In this document: in pieces, positions 13,889-26,361 of the stretch
Layout: the number at the start of each line of letters is the position of its first letter
Numbering within the stretch: the first letter of the stretch is position 1
Origin: Octopus vulgaris
Lineage: Eukaryota
DNA length: 64,000 nt
Direction: 5' to 3'
Assembly: GCA_951406725.2 (NCBI GenBank)
Contig: OX597815.1
Span: 17,360,001-17,424,000, forward strand
Made by a program: the position numbers and the translations under genes
The notes under the pieces: model-generated
The model's input: the letters and a program-made list of their open reading frames with translations, nothing else
Databases searched by the model: none
Told to the model about the DNA's origin: nothing

Positions 13889-15473
13889 CAGCCGAAGTAA
13901 TACATCAGATATAATTCATTTTAACTGCATCGCTCTTTTATCGCTTCAGTTGGTCGTCCTTTGAGTGCTTTGAAGTTATTTTTCTGCTCTACAAACAATC
14001 TGAAGAAATGTGTTTCATGAAATAAGAAAAAGCCTATTAAACATATATTTTATCAGATATATCTGAAGCAGTTTCATGTTGCCGTATTTGTCGCAATTTG
14101 CCATACGATGACAGGTTCTCAATATTGATTTTAACTGCCATGAAACCGAAACCTTATTAGTTATTTATCGAAATTTCCCGTTGTTATCTTCTGATTGTAT
14201 AATTTATCAAATCATTACTTTTATTGTTTGTATTTCTGCACATACAGGTGCCATATCATATATCTACTTACTAAATATTATTATCCAATGAGGAACATTC
14301 CACGGTTTTATCGATATACAAGATGTGGTTTTAGTTGGACATTGCACTATTATATTATGGAAGAGAACACTTGAGGTTAGAATTTGATCGAAAGGTCATA
14401 TTGAATTCGAAAGATCGTATGTTTTATCATTTTGATACAAATATTTGTCCATTTACAATGTTAATTCACGAGGGATATCTTCATTTTGAACAGAAACATG
14501 ATGATTACACGGACTTTAATATCCTGTCTTGCTATCAAATAGTCTTATTAAAGAATATACAGACAAGTCTTGCAATACTGTTTTGATAGTGTTATCTTAT
14601 ATTTAAACCAAATTATATATGAACATATCAAGTAATCTTTATGTCACGAAATATGGAGTATTTTCACGGTTTTCTTATATTTCATATGTAATCTAAACTG
14701 AAAGTTAATTCTCTTCAGAGGAAACTAATATTTTTGTAAAGATTTGCTATAATTTATAGATATGAAAACATAATAGTGTGATTATAAATCGAGAAACAAT
14801 CCACTGGACAATTCTCTGTCTGCTATAACAATTCTATCAAAATTTGGTCTTAATCTTCTTATGCACACCCCATATATTTTTCTGTATGAGAAATCAACAT
14901 TTCAACCATTATTTCTAGACCATGAATATTGTCCGCTTTACACTCTCTATTTCAGATCCCGCCAGTATATACATCCTCTCTCCTTGGCAGTTAGCTCTCA
15001 ACATTCAATTTTTATACCTGGATATCAAAATTGGTTGCAGTTTCCTGATTGACATTCACACTTCTCAATTTCTTTAGACTCATTTATTTGTCCCTTACTT
15101 TCTGAACTCCAACAACCTGCAGTTATTTGACTCTCTCCCTCGTCCTGTATAGTGAGATTCTGGCACCATTACCCAAGCTGACTCCAACAGAAACAACTGC
15201 CCATACATCGATAACACTGTCACAGAGGTAAATCAGTACCTATCAGTGTCCTCAATTAGTTGGCTTTCTGATTAGTACACCAAAACTCTTGATTCTTTGC
15301 CTACTGCCAAACCAAATTATTATCCAAACATCACCGTCAGATGATCTAACAAACTCCTAATGAAAGCAACTCGTCTCATATCTTCAATGAAACACACCTT
15401 TGGCAGACGAACCTTGAATTATTGTATGTTTACAGAGGCAGATAGGCATCGACAGCTAGCAAGTCATGCAACT

Positions 15474-15514
15474 CCAGATTGATGACGAGCAATAACTTAG
15501 AAACTAGTCTCTGG
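15474..15514 (+). ncRNA. Type I hammerhead ribozyme motif (C3>U variant)
   Basis: CCAGA-TTGATGA-cgagcaataactta-GAAA-CTAGTC-TCTGG: stem I CCAGA/TCTGG, palindromic stem III ACTAGT, GUC site. Confidence 0.75.
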
Positions 15515-15822
15515 TTGCTGGCTTTGATGAATGGAGGTGCTTATCACGCCCTTTCTAAACATAAGGGTACAGGAAATGTGTCAAGGCCGACAGGAAGCGG
15601 TGCTTCCTAGGGCTAAATAGAAGCAGTATTATTCTCTTTCATGAGACTGTCACATTTAGTTGACAACATACCACCACTTTGTCGTGTTACTACTGTATAA
15701 ATCTCTCTGAGAGATTTAGAAAAGTGATATCTCTATTTTCGAAATCAGTGAATGTATTGCACTTGAATTATTATATGTTTACAGAGGCAGATAGGCAACG
15801 ACACCTAAAGAGTCAGACTACT

Positions 15823-15863
15823 CCAGACTGATGACGAGCAATGACACAGAAACTAGACGCTGG
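15823..15863 (+). ncRNA. Type I hammerhead ribozyme motif (cleavage triplet mutated)
   Basis: CCAGA-CTGATGA-cgagcaatgacaca-GAAA-CTAGAC-GCTGG; core boxes intact, GUC changed to GAC. Confidence 0.7.
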
Positions 15864-16017
15864 CTTTACTGGGTGGAATTTCTTATCTCCCCCTTTCGTG
15901 TACGGGAAATGTGTCAAGGCCGAGAGGAAACGGTGCTTCCTAGGGCTAAATAGTAGTAGTATTATTCCCTTTCATGGGACTGTCACATTAAGCTGACAAT
16001 ATACCACCATATATGTT

Positions 16018-16107
<90 letters not shown>

Positions 16108-16182
16108 TATATATTTATACATATACGTATACATATATTTATATATATATATATTCATACATACATACATACATGCATGCAT

Positions 16183-16221
<39 letters not shown>

Positions 16222-16352
16222 AATATACATACAAGTAGGTATGCATATTTATATATACTTACATAACATGCACACACACATAATATATTTATTTCAAATA
16301 GACATAGCCTTCCTGGGTAACTACATTGGCGCGATTGCTCTATGTTATTTCT

Positions 16353-16682
16353 GTTCCGGTTGCGAACAGCCTGCTCATGAAATGAACGTGCATGTGGGTG
16401 AGCATTCCACAGACACGTGTACCCTTAATGTTGTTCTGCGTGCCACAGAGTGTGACAAGGCTGGCCCTTTGAAATACAAGTACATCAGAAACAGAAACAA
16501 ACAGTGAGAGACAGATGTAGTGAAAGTGTACAGTAAGGTTCGTCACCACCCCTTGCCGGTGCCGCGCGGAGCTTTAGATGTTTTGGTTCAATAAACTCTA
16601 ACAATACCCGGTCTTGGAATCGAAACTGCGATTCTACTACCGCGAGTCCGCTGCCCTAACCACTGGGCCATTGCGCCTCCAC
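16353..16682 (-). mobile_element. SINE family C, diverged copy
   Basis: Aligns to 4088-4477 with many substitutions. Confidence 0.85.
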
Positions 16683-16706
16683 TTATGTATATATATATAT
16701 ATATAA

Positions 16707-17955
16707 GTGGCCAGTCCAACACTCAGCCCCACGAAGGACACGAACACACTGCACATCTCGTCTGTCACGCACCCTAACAAGGAAGTAATCCAAAGTATGA
16801 CATTCTTTAGATGCAGGGTGCATCCATGTAGTCTTAAATTTATTACTTTGTTGAAACATGGTATTGGTAACACACAGACACAGCTCCTCACACATCTGCT
16901 GCAGAAGCATGCCATTACTATTGCCTTTTCCCACCCCCATGCTTTCCAATTACAGTCCATGTTTTGAAATCTCTACCCACTCTAGCATTAAAGTCACCCA
17001 GTACGGTGACTTTGTCTGCCCGAAGGATATTTCTTATAATGCCCTTCAAAGCATGGTAGGAAGAAACTTTTTCGTCATCAGTATAGCAAATAGTTGGAGC
17101 ATACACACTCACCAAGGTCACTTAATTTCCTTTAGCCAAAGGAATTCTCATGGACATAAGACGCTCGTTAATCCCGACTGGGAATTCTTCCGACTTGTCC
17201 ACAAGAGTAGTCTTAACAGCAAATGCCACTCCAGCCTCTCATCTAAACTCTTCATCCCTCCCTTTCCATAAAAATGTATATTTTCCACAAGATTCTGTAA
17301 GATAACCATCTCCAGCTAATCTCATCTCAGATAAAGCAACGATGTCAAGATCATAGTGTCGAATCTCCTTCGCAACAAGCGCAGTCCTTCGTTCAGGACA
17401 TTCAGAGGACTCACGGTCAAGCAGCGTCCGTACATTCCAACAACCAATATTCAATATTTTATTTGGTTCTATCACAGTAGCATGATGACGGCCCGGTTCA
17501 GACTGTGATGTTCTGGAGCCCCAGCCAGGCCAGACTCTTTCATCTGATGTGGTTCCAGAGTCCTTACTGTCATTTATTTTTATACAGCTTTGGTACATCA
17601 TTGATTATTTGCATTTTAAGGCTACAGCCAGCCATTCGGTTGACACTCACAACACTATCAACAGTCATGAATTACTATCAACAATCATGAATTAGTTAAT
17701 CAATTTAATCAATCAATAAATCAATCAATCAATGTTGTTATCGTGCAATGCCTGTGCAAGAAGACATTTGTTTAAGTGAGGAAAAGCCGTGCACTGAGTC
17801 AATCCCACTCACTAAGCAACAGCAGCCATAATCTGAAAAGAAGAACAAGTCAACATCATCGGTAACCACTGAGCCGCAGATTTTATGTCGGAGTTATCCC
17901 AGTTACCTGAGTTACCTTCTCCTAGAAGGATGCCCTAATAAAGACTAGGGGTCCT
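16707..17955 (-). mobile_element. RTE-clade LINE 5' part (5' UTR and frameshifted AP-endonuclease domain)
   Basis: LNIGCWNVRTLLD...RRTALVAKE...IVALSEMRL; VSVYAPT...VLGDFNARVG; NSNG..L...CVTNTMF...TWMHP...TLDY across three frames; RTE-like UTR motif (CTAGGAGAAGG) near 17915-17955. Confidence 0.9.
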
Positions 17956-18413
17956 TCACACATAAGGGTTTAACCGCATGATCGGGTATTCAGTCCGATT
18001 ATTTCTGTGTCCCCGCGCATGATACAACAATAAGCTGGATAAGATAGATATAAGGAAAAAAAAATATATGATATATAAAAATATTGATATACAAAATATA
18101 CATAAAATATACGATGTGAAGTATATAAAAATATATATAATGAGCAAGCTATAAAAATATACAATATAAAAAATTAGTGAGAAAAAGGGAGATATACAGT
18201 AAATATATAATTACACATAAATTGGATGGCCGTTGACCTCTCAAGAGTTCATCCGCCCTTTGACGGGTTTGTTTTTCATCCCGCAGGGTGTTCAATAAAC
18301 ATCCTCCTCACTAAGCAAGCTTGTCGGGCTGCCGGTTTAGTCGCTGACGGCCCGACCATGCGACCAGTTGTACTGGGTTACATGTTATCAGTAGCACTCG
18401 AAAGTGACCCGAC

Positions 18414-18474
<61 letters not shown>

Positions 18475-18770
18475 GTATATACATATATACACAAATATAT
18501 ACGTATATCGATATATACATATATATACTTTGATACTTTGATAGGTTTCGGCCATTATTGGCCCAGCCCATGTCTAACTTAATAGCACCACCTGGTGCTA
18601 TACATATATAAGAAATTAAAAAAGGAAAATACGCACACTTACATGGTTTTAATATAATTTTTAATATATCGACCGGTTTCGCTATCGCTATTCTTGATAT
18701 AATGTTTAATTTATATGAATATATATTTTTTATTAAGAAGAAATTTGGTCCATGTTGTGTGTGATGAAAT

Positions 18771-18848
<78 letters not shown>

Positions 18849-18933
18849 CTGCCCCTACTGTCCCTCTCGCGTCATGATAGATCGTTAGCTCCTTCACGCA
18901 TCTTTATTCTCTCCTTGTTTCTCTCCTTCCCGT

Positions 18934-18985
<52 letters not shown>

Positions 18986-18987
18986 GC

Positions 18988-20073
18988 ATAACAGATCTGG
19001 CGGACTTTCAAAGAAGTCAAATTGTTGGTGCTCGTACGGCAGGTGTTTGCATAACGAAAACAGCCGAAATGGTTGGTGTATCAAGAAGTACTGTCTCGAA
19101 AGTAATGACAGCCTTTGAGAAAGACGGCAAAAAAACCTCCTTGTCGAAACAAATCTCTGGAAGAAAACCAAAACTTTCCAATAGGGATCGTCGAACTGTT
19201 ACGCGAATTGTTAGAAAGGATCGCAAAAGTACATCTCCCAAAATTACGGAAAAGCTTAATGACCACCTCGGGAACCCAGTTTCCACAAAAACCGTTCGTC
19301 AGGAGCTTCACAAAGCTGGATTTCACGGGAGGGCTGCAATCAGAAATCCACTGCTTCCAAAAACAAATGTTGCAAAGCGTTTAGAGTGGAGTAAAAACCT
19401 ACAGAATTGGTCCCTAGAATTCTGTAGGTTATTTTCTCGGACGAGTCATCCTTTACCATATTTCCAACTACCAGCCGCCGAGTATACGTGTGGAGATAGC
19501 CAAAAGAAGCATTTGAACCAGACTGCCTTCCTCTAACTGTTAAACATAGAGGAGGATCTGTGATGATCTGGTGGGCTATATGTTGGAAATTCGCAGGCCC
19601 AATGGTTTCTCTTCATGATAGAATGAATAGTCATGATTATCTAAGCATTTTATCTGATCAAATTCATCCTATGGTTGCAGAACTGTTTCCGGAAGGGAAA
19701 CGCTATCTTTCAGGATGATAAGACACCAATTCATACAGCTAAAATTGTTACTGAATGGCACAAGAAACATTCTAGTAAAGTTGAATATCTTATCTGGCCA
19801 CAACAGTCCCCAGGTCTCAATATTATTGAACAATTATGGAGCATTTTAGAAAAACAATTCAGGAGTCGACATCCTCCACCATTATCACTACAAGAATTGG
19901 AGACTGTTTTAGCTGCAGAATGGACAAAATTCCTTTGGAAACAATTCAAGCTTTATATGAGTCCATACCTCGTAGAATTCAATATGTAATTACTTCCAAA
20001 AGTGGTCCTACCCCAGATTAAAATAAATTTGTTTGAAATTTTAAGGTGTTTCCATTATTTTGTCCAACCACTG
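18988..20073 (+). mobile_element. Tc1-like transposon: near-complete frameshifted transposase and 3' TIR
   Basis: HTH...SGRKPKLS...RLEW; FSDES; FQDDKTPIH...WPQQSPGLNIIE; TIR AGGTGTTTCCATTATTTTGTCCAACCACTG then TA (20044-20075); the matching 5' TIR is seen at 42590. Confidence 0.95.
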
Positions 20074-20125
20074 TATATATATATATGCGTGTTGTGTGTG
20101 TATCCATATGTGTGTATGAACTTAT

Positions 20126-20157
20126 ATGTATGTATATCTGTCTGTCTGTCTGTCCTG

Positions 20158-20227
<70 letters not shown>

Positions 20228-20330
20228 CATACATACATACATGCATGCATACATACATACATACATACATACATACATACATACATACATACATACATAC
20301 ATACATACATACATACATACATACATACAC
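20126..20330. repeat. (CTGT)n/(CTAT)n/(CATA)n microsatellite
   Basis: Directly visible. Confidence 0.95.
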
Positions 20331-20859
20331 TTTTTAAGAAATCATAGGAAAATCTAAAATACACTCGAATAATTCATGCACATGTGTATTCATGTTTGTT
20401 GTGAACGGAACCCTGGAACTTCTGATCAGTTATTTTAGTGTTATCTAAATAAATAATTCATCAATATCAAAAATAGATTCAGCCAACCCCTACCACATAT
20501 CCTCAACGTTTCTACGATCTCTGCTCCATTTCCAGCTTTCCTAACACTGTTTATTTTATTCAGGCTAAGGTAACAAGGAAACCTTATCGATTTACATTGG
20601 CTTGAAATATAAAACAACACATTGGTATTTTATTTTGGCTCGTTTAGCTTTTATTATTAATTATTCATTATAGCTACTTTAAACAATGGTCAATCTGGTC
20701 TGATCAGGTTATGAGATCGATTAGACAATCACACAGCATTAACCGAGAATTGAAATCTGATGATAAAAGCGACTGAGTTCTTAGGAGCCGATTTTCATTG
20801 TAATAGTAAGTTTTAAAAGGTTTTAAATTATGAAATCGTGTTAATGATAGTTATTTAGT

Positions 20860-21065
20860 ATTGTTGCTTAGCCCCGGGTCAGACATGATTGAGCGGACTG
20901 ATGATTAAACGGCATTTCAGCCTTGTCCATCAAGTTTTTAGATGTGTCAAGAACTAAGTAATCTAGCGTATGCTGCTCTTTTTGCACCTTCAGTAACGCA
21001 TGATTTGGGAGATTTAGCTACTATTTCTAGCAAATGAAATGATCATAAAGAGGCACCCTATTTAG
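20860..21065 (-). repeat. Old dispersed repeat remnant (family D tail)
   Basis: GTTGCTTAGCCCCGGGTCAG...GGCATTTCAGCC..GTCCATC and GGAGATTTAGCTACTATTTCTAGC; related fragments near 990-1030 and 52300-52370. Confidence 0.5.
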
Positions 21066-21661
21066 CTCATAATGTAAGGACTAGAAGTACATAAATTGAA
21101 AAGCAAGGTACATATGCAGTTAATTATGATAGGAGGAAGAGAGTTGAATGTAGCGAGAAGGCTGATTTATTTTTGTTTTGTACAGAACATAGGTTTCGGC
21201 TGTCGGTTTTACTAAATGTTACCCGATAAAAATATATCAGTGAGGACGATTGTGCAACTTCTCTCAATCCGAGTTGATTGGTGGAAGCATAAATCTCATA
21301 GACAGATAAAAGGAATGTGATAGTGTGCACTCTGGAAATTCTGGTCTTGCTGACAGGCATCATATGTATACCTTATTGATTTGCGGTCGTTATGAAAATG
21401 ACTTAACTTCCTGACCAATCCCAGGCTCCGTCTATTTACAAAACATAATACTTGTACGTGTGGAAACAGATATGAAATAGGTCATTCCCCTCGCAGAATA
21501 AAGAGTACAGCTTGAGAAACGTTTCTCATATCTCTATGGACTTCTGTTGATTCAAACAATTCTGATTTCTACTGAAGAGTTCCTTGATCTTCTCCTTTTG
21601 CATTTCAAAGTCTTTGCATTTGTATGTGTCCTCGATCAAATGATTATTCTTTCGAAAAACC

Positions 21662-21852
21662 TGTATTCTTTACTCTTTTACTTGTTTCAGTCATTTGACT
21701 GTGGCCATGGTGGAGCACCGCCTTTAGTCGAGCATATCGGACCCCAGGACTTATTCTTTGTAAGCCTAGTACTTATTCTATCTGTCTCCTTTGCTCAACC
21801 GCTAAGTTACGGGGACGTAAACACACCAGCATCCGTTGTCAAGCGATGTTGG
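21662..21852 (-). mobile_element. SINE family B, 3' half
   Basis: Matches the tail half of 3022-3441. Confidence 0.88.
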
Positions 21853-22350
21853 TGGGGGGGGGGGGGGAATAATAGTGAGCTTGTAAAAGTTTGGAAATAC
21901 GTCAGATTGCGTTTGAAATAAGAACTCTCAGTATAGAGCAACGATGGAGTAGCAGCGGTGAAACTGTTAACTAGTTTAACAACAGTAGTGAGAAAATTTG
22001 ATATAGATACACCCAGCTCGATGTTACCGGATTCTACCCTTCCGTCTCCAAGTATTATTTATCTGGAAATAGAAATGACACTTTGCGATATCGATGATAG
22101 CATTTTTGACATGACCGTGCATGCCAATAATCGATTGATTTTCGAGAAAATGTGTTTGGTTAATCGATACTAATGACCTATTTGATGTCATTATGGGTTA
22201 TTGTGGTAGATTGCATTACATAAATAAGCTTAAATTCAAACGATACGTTTTAGAGACACACCTGTGAAAAAAGCGAAGATGTGATTATTTCTAGCCATAT
22301 GAAAAATACGAAATACATATTTTTACGCTTCAAAAATTATGATTTCGTAA

Positions 22351-22860
22351 CACGCATGGCTTAGTGGTTAGGGTGTCAGCATCATGATCGTAAGATTGTG
22401 GTTTCGATTCCTGGACCGGGCGATGCGTTATGTTCTTAAGCAAAACACTTCATTTCACGTAGCTCCAGTCCACTCAGCTGGTAAAAATGAGTAACGCTAT
22501 GATGGACTGGCGTTCCGTCCAGCTGGGGAACACACACGCCATAGAAACCGGGAAACCGGGCCCATGAGCCTGGCTAGACTTTAGAAGGGCGCATTTATTA
22601 TGTGGAGGCACGTGGCTCAGTGGTTAGGGTGTCAGCATCATGATCGTAAGATTGTGGTTTCAATTCCAGGACCGGGCGACGCGTTGTGTTCTTGAGAAAA
22701 ACACTTCGTTTCACGTTGCTCCATTCCACTCAGCTGGTAAAAATGAGTAACGCTGCGATGGACTGGCGTCCCGTCCAGCTCGGGAACACATACACCATAT
22801 AAACAGGGAAACCGGGCCCATGAGCCTGGCTAGGCTTTAAAAAGGGCGCATTTATTTATT
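22351..22860 (+). mobile_element. Tandem pair of short tRNA-headed SINEs (~250 bp each)
   Basis: TGGCT(T/C)AGTGGTTAGGGTGTCAGCATCATGATCGTAAG...GTTTC(G/A)ATTCC at ~22356 and ~22612; both end AAGGGCGCATTTATT. Confidence 0.88.
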
Positions 22861-22932
22861 ATTTTAATTTTAACACAACTACTAAGGCAACAGTAGTTGA
22901 CTTCCAATTACAATGCATGTAAACAACCAGAA

Positions 22933-23442
22933 GTGGAGGCGCAATGGGCCCAGTGGTTAGGGCAGGGGACTCGCGGTTGGTGGATCGTGGTTTCCATTCC
23001 TAGACCGGGCGTTGTATGTGTTTATTGAGCGAAAACACCTAAAAGCTCCACGAAGCTCCGGCAGTGGGTGGTAGCGACCCCTCTTGTACCCTTTCGCCAC
23101 AACTTTTTCTCACTCTCTCTTCCTGTTATTTGTGGGGGGTGCATGGCTTAGTGGTTAGAGCAGCGGACTCGCGGTCAAGGGATCGCGGGTTCGAATCTCA
23201 AACCGGGCGATGTGTGTGTTTATAAGCGAAACACCTAAGCTCCACGCGGCTCCGGCAGAAGGTGATGGCGAACTTCTGCCGACTCTTTCGCCACAACTTT
23301 CTCTCACTCTTTCCTCCTGCATCTTGCAGCTCACCTGCGACGGACCAGCGTCCCGTCCAGGTGGGGAACCTATACGCCAAGGAAATCGGGAAACCGGCCA
23401 TTATGAGCCAGGCATGGCTCAAGAAGGAACAAACAACAAACA
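22933..23442 (+). mobile_element. Two adjacent family C-related SINEs (3'-truncated copy and variant-tail copy)
   Basis: tRNA-Arg-like heads at 22933 and 23132; the second ends with a CGTCCCGTCCAG...GGGAAACCGGCC tail shared with 22351-22860. Confidence 0.85.
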
Positions 23443-23814
23443 ATCAAAAGAAATAGCGCAGTGCATTATGTCTGAGGTTCTAAAGATTATGCTAATCCAC
23501 CGTCTTAAAATTCTAACATAGATACGTGATCACAAGTTCCAGAGAACGGTTAATCGATTAAATCAGCCCCAAAACTTGATTCGTACTTTATCAACACTTG
23601 GTACACGAACGGCAGAGTTGACCTCAACGAAATTCGACAGGAATTGAATTCAGAACTTAAGTAGCCGTAGCTAGATACCACAGAGTATTTAAGTTCGGGG
23701 TTGTAAGTTCACTTTATGTTGAGTAATCCAAAAGCAACCGGTGTTGGTTTTGCCTTTCATCCGTCCAGCTTTGAGAACAGCTGCGAAATAAGTACTATGT
23801 AATGGTTTTCAATC

Positions 23815-23856
<42 letters not shown>

Positions 23857-24131
23857 CTATAAAACATCTGCACTGTGTCAATATAAGAAATCGATACTGA
23901 ACATTTTCAGAAGAGTTAGATATAACAGTAGAGCGCCGGACTACTTCTTTCATGTAACTAATTGCTTATTTAGCATTCCGAGTTCGAATATTAGCAAGTA
24001 GAATAATTTTGCAATATGTTCATGAAACAACTTCTTATTGAAACATTTTTTTCATTTACACTCTGACAATATTGCTCAATACTAACAATATTATTAATAA
24101 TAATATGGATATATATGTTTACACAATGTGT

Positions 24132-24170
<39 letters not shown>

Positions 24171-24262
24171 AATGTTTAGGTATATACAGTATGTATAGGT
24201 ATATGCAAATGACATATGTTAATATATATCTATGCATAATCTTTCTCTCTCTTTCACTATAT

Positions 24263-24302
<40 letters not shown>

Positions 24303-24344
24303 TTGTCTCATTCTTCCATTCCGTTTCATTTCTTCTTTCTCTCT

Positions 24345-24381
<37 letters not shown>

Positions 24382-24386
24382 TCTGT

Positions 24387-24418
<32 letters not shown>

Positions 24419-25135
24419 ACACACACACCCAAACACAGCGTTGTTATATACACGTACACAAGTACGTTAAAATACATAGAGGAAACATGATTAATGCATG
24501 TTATGAAATATTAATTTACAAATAAATCAATATCTTTGTTCTTAGCGTCAATAGATTTATTCATGTAATAATGTGATGAAAGACCTCACTTTATAATCAG
24601 TCGTATACACCCATAATATATTATACACACAACGGAATTGAACGCCATTTCACACGCACATGTGTGTGTATGTAGACATGTTTTTATAGGTGTATCCATG
24701 TATGTATATTTTTATAAACACGCATAAGTATATATGAATATACACACGCATGAATACACACTTATATATAATATTTACACACATACATACATACATACAT
24801 ACACACACACTACTGACCTGGAGTTTTATTTTCATTCTATCATTCAAACTTGGCTTATTCATTTACAGGTGAGCATTTTGAGAAGCGAGGTGCATTTTAT
24901 TTGATATGAAATAACTAAAGAAAAAAAATTGTTCTCATTTCTGTGTTTGTTACAGGAATGCTTGTTATTCGAATTGATATTTGTGGCGGGGTGGAGAAAA
25001 GCTTTGCAGTGCGAATGGAGGTGCGTCTATGTGGTCACTCGGTCTGCGAGAAACAACCATCAAATATTCCATCGTATTACATCTCACGTTATGAAATGGG
25101 AGGGATTCACTGTATTAATGTAATCCTAAGATACT

Positions 25136-25545
25136 CAGTGTCCGGAGAAAGGGTGATGGTCGTCATAGTTGGAACGTCTTCAGTTATAACTCAGCGCTGA
25201 CCAGGGACTGAACAATAATATCAAAAGCAGCAATAAACAGTGTCTGGAGGAAAGGTGATGGTGGTCATGGTTGGAACGCCTTCAGTTATAACTCAATGCT
25301 GACCAGGGACTGAACGATAATATCAAAAGCAGCAATAAACAGTGTCTGGAGAAAAGGTGATGGTGGTTATGGTTGGAACGCCTTCAGTTATAACTCAGCG
25401 CTGACCAGGGACTGAACAATAATATCAAAAGCAGCAATAAACAGTGTCTGGAGAAAAGGTGATGGTGGTCATGGTTGGAACGCCTTCAGTTATAACTCAG
25501 TGCTGACCAGGGATTGAACGATAATATCAAAAGCAGCCATAAACA
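25136..25545 (+). repeat. Minisatellite, 4 x 102 bp
   Basis: Units start at 25136, 25238, 25340 and 25442 (CAGTGTCTGGAGAAAAGGTGATGG...AAAAGCAGCAATAAA). Confidence 0.95.
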
Positions 25546-25792
25546 TTCTGTAAAAGACCAAAACAAGTAGAGGTAAATATTATATTAGCCATTTTGAACT
25601 CAGCAGATTTAATCTATTCCATGACCTACACATTTAACTGGTATCAAATGTTAAACCGAAAAATTAAAATTAACGATTACGGTTTCTAGGGAGTCAACAA
25701 GAGATGCAATATGTGGTTTTTCAATTTGTTAGAATTAAATCTCCCACTTATCACACATGTTACCATCTTTCTAATGTACATCTAGATACGCT

Positions 25793-25992
25793 GATATCAG
25801 GTGAAAGTAAGAGATGGTTGTAAGAGAAAGTAAGAGATATCAGGTGAAAGTAAGAGATGGTTGTAAGAGAAAGTAAGAGATATCAGGTGAAAGTAAGAGA
25901 TGGTTGTAAGAGAAAGTAAGAGATATCAGGTGAAAGTAAGAGATGGTTGTAAGAGAAAGTAAGAGATATCAGGTGAAAGTAAGAGATGGTTG
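25793..25992 (+). repeat. Minisatellite, 4.6 x 43 bp, identical units
   Basis: GATATCAGGTGAAAGTAAGAGATGGTTGTAAGAGAAAGTAAGA at 25793, 25836, 25879, 25922 and 25965. Confidence 0.96.
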
Positions 25993-26361
25993 GAAATATG
26001 TCAATCGCATATTTGTGGAATCAAGACCTAATTTGGTGCTAATCAGCAACATATACTAAAAGTGGAAACAGTCGATGTAATTAATACATCGTAGTACAGG
26101 GCATGCAATTTAATAGAAATATACTGTCTGGAATATTAGTAACAGAATTGTCTCAGAGTAGTACAAAACAGGTTCATGTGTTAAAGTACGCTTCCAAGTC
26201 CATCACAGAGGTCAATTCTGTGTGTGTGAGAGAGAGGGGGAGGGGAGAAAGAATCAACCATAATATTTGCATATTTATCGACCTCACAACGATGAAAACG
26301 AAATGCAAAGTTGTAATTTACGGGGTTTGAACTCAGAGTGTAGAAAACCGGTACAAATACC

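Larger units (their letters stand above)
15413..16009 (+). mobile_element. Retrozyme-like tandem repeat (349-bp unit, ~1.7 copies), one hammerhead per unit
   Basis: CTTGAATTATT.TATGTTTACAGAGGCAGATAGGC starts at 15413 and 15762; HHR motifs lie at the same offset in both units. Confidence 0.78.

Noticed and set aside
15570-15625. Conserved hairpin module GGCC..AGGAAGCggtGCTTCCT.GG-GCTAA in both tandem units as an HDV-like or pistol ribozyme
   Set aside because: It resembles P4 and J4/2, but I could not assign P1, P3 or P1.1 with correct spacing.
25136-25992. Regular repeats as a possible CRISPR array
   Set aside because: Head-to-tail units with no unique spacers, no cas genes, and a eukaryotic context.
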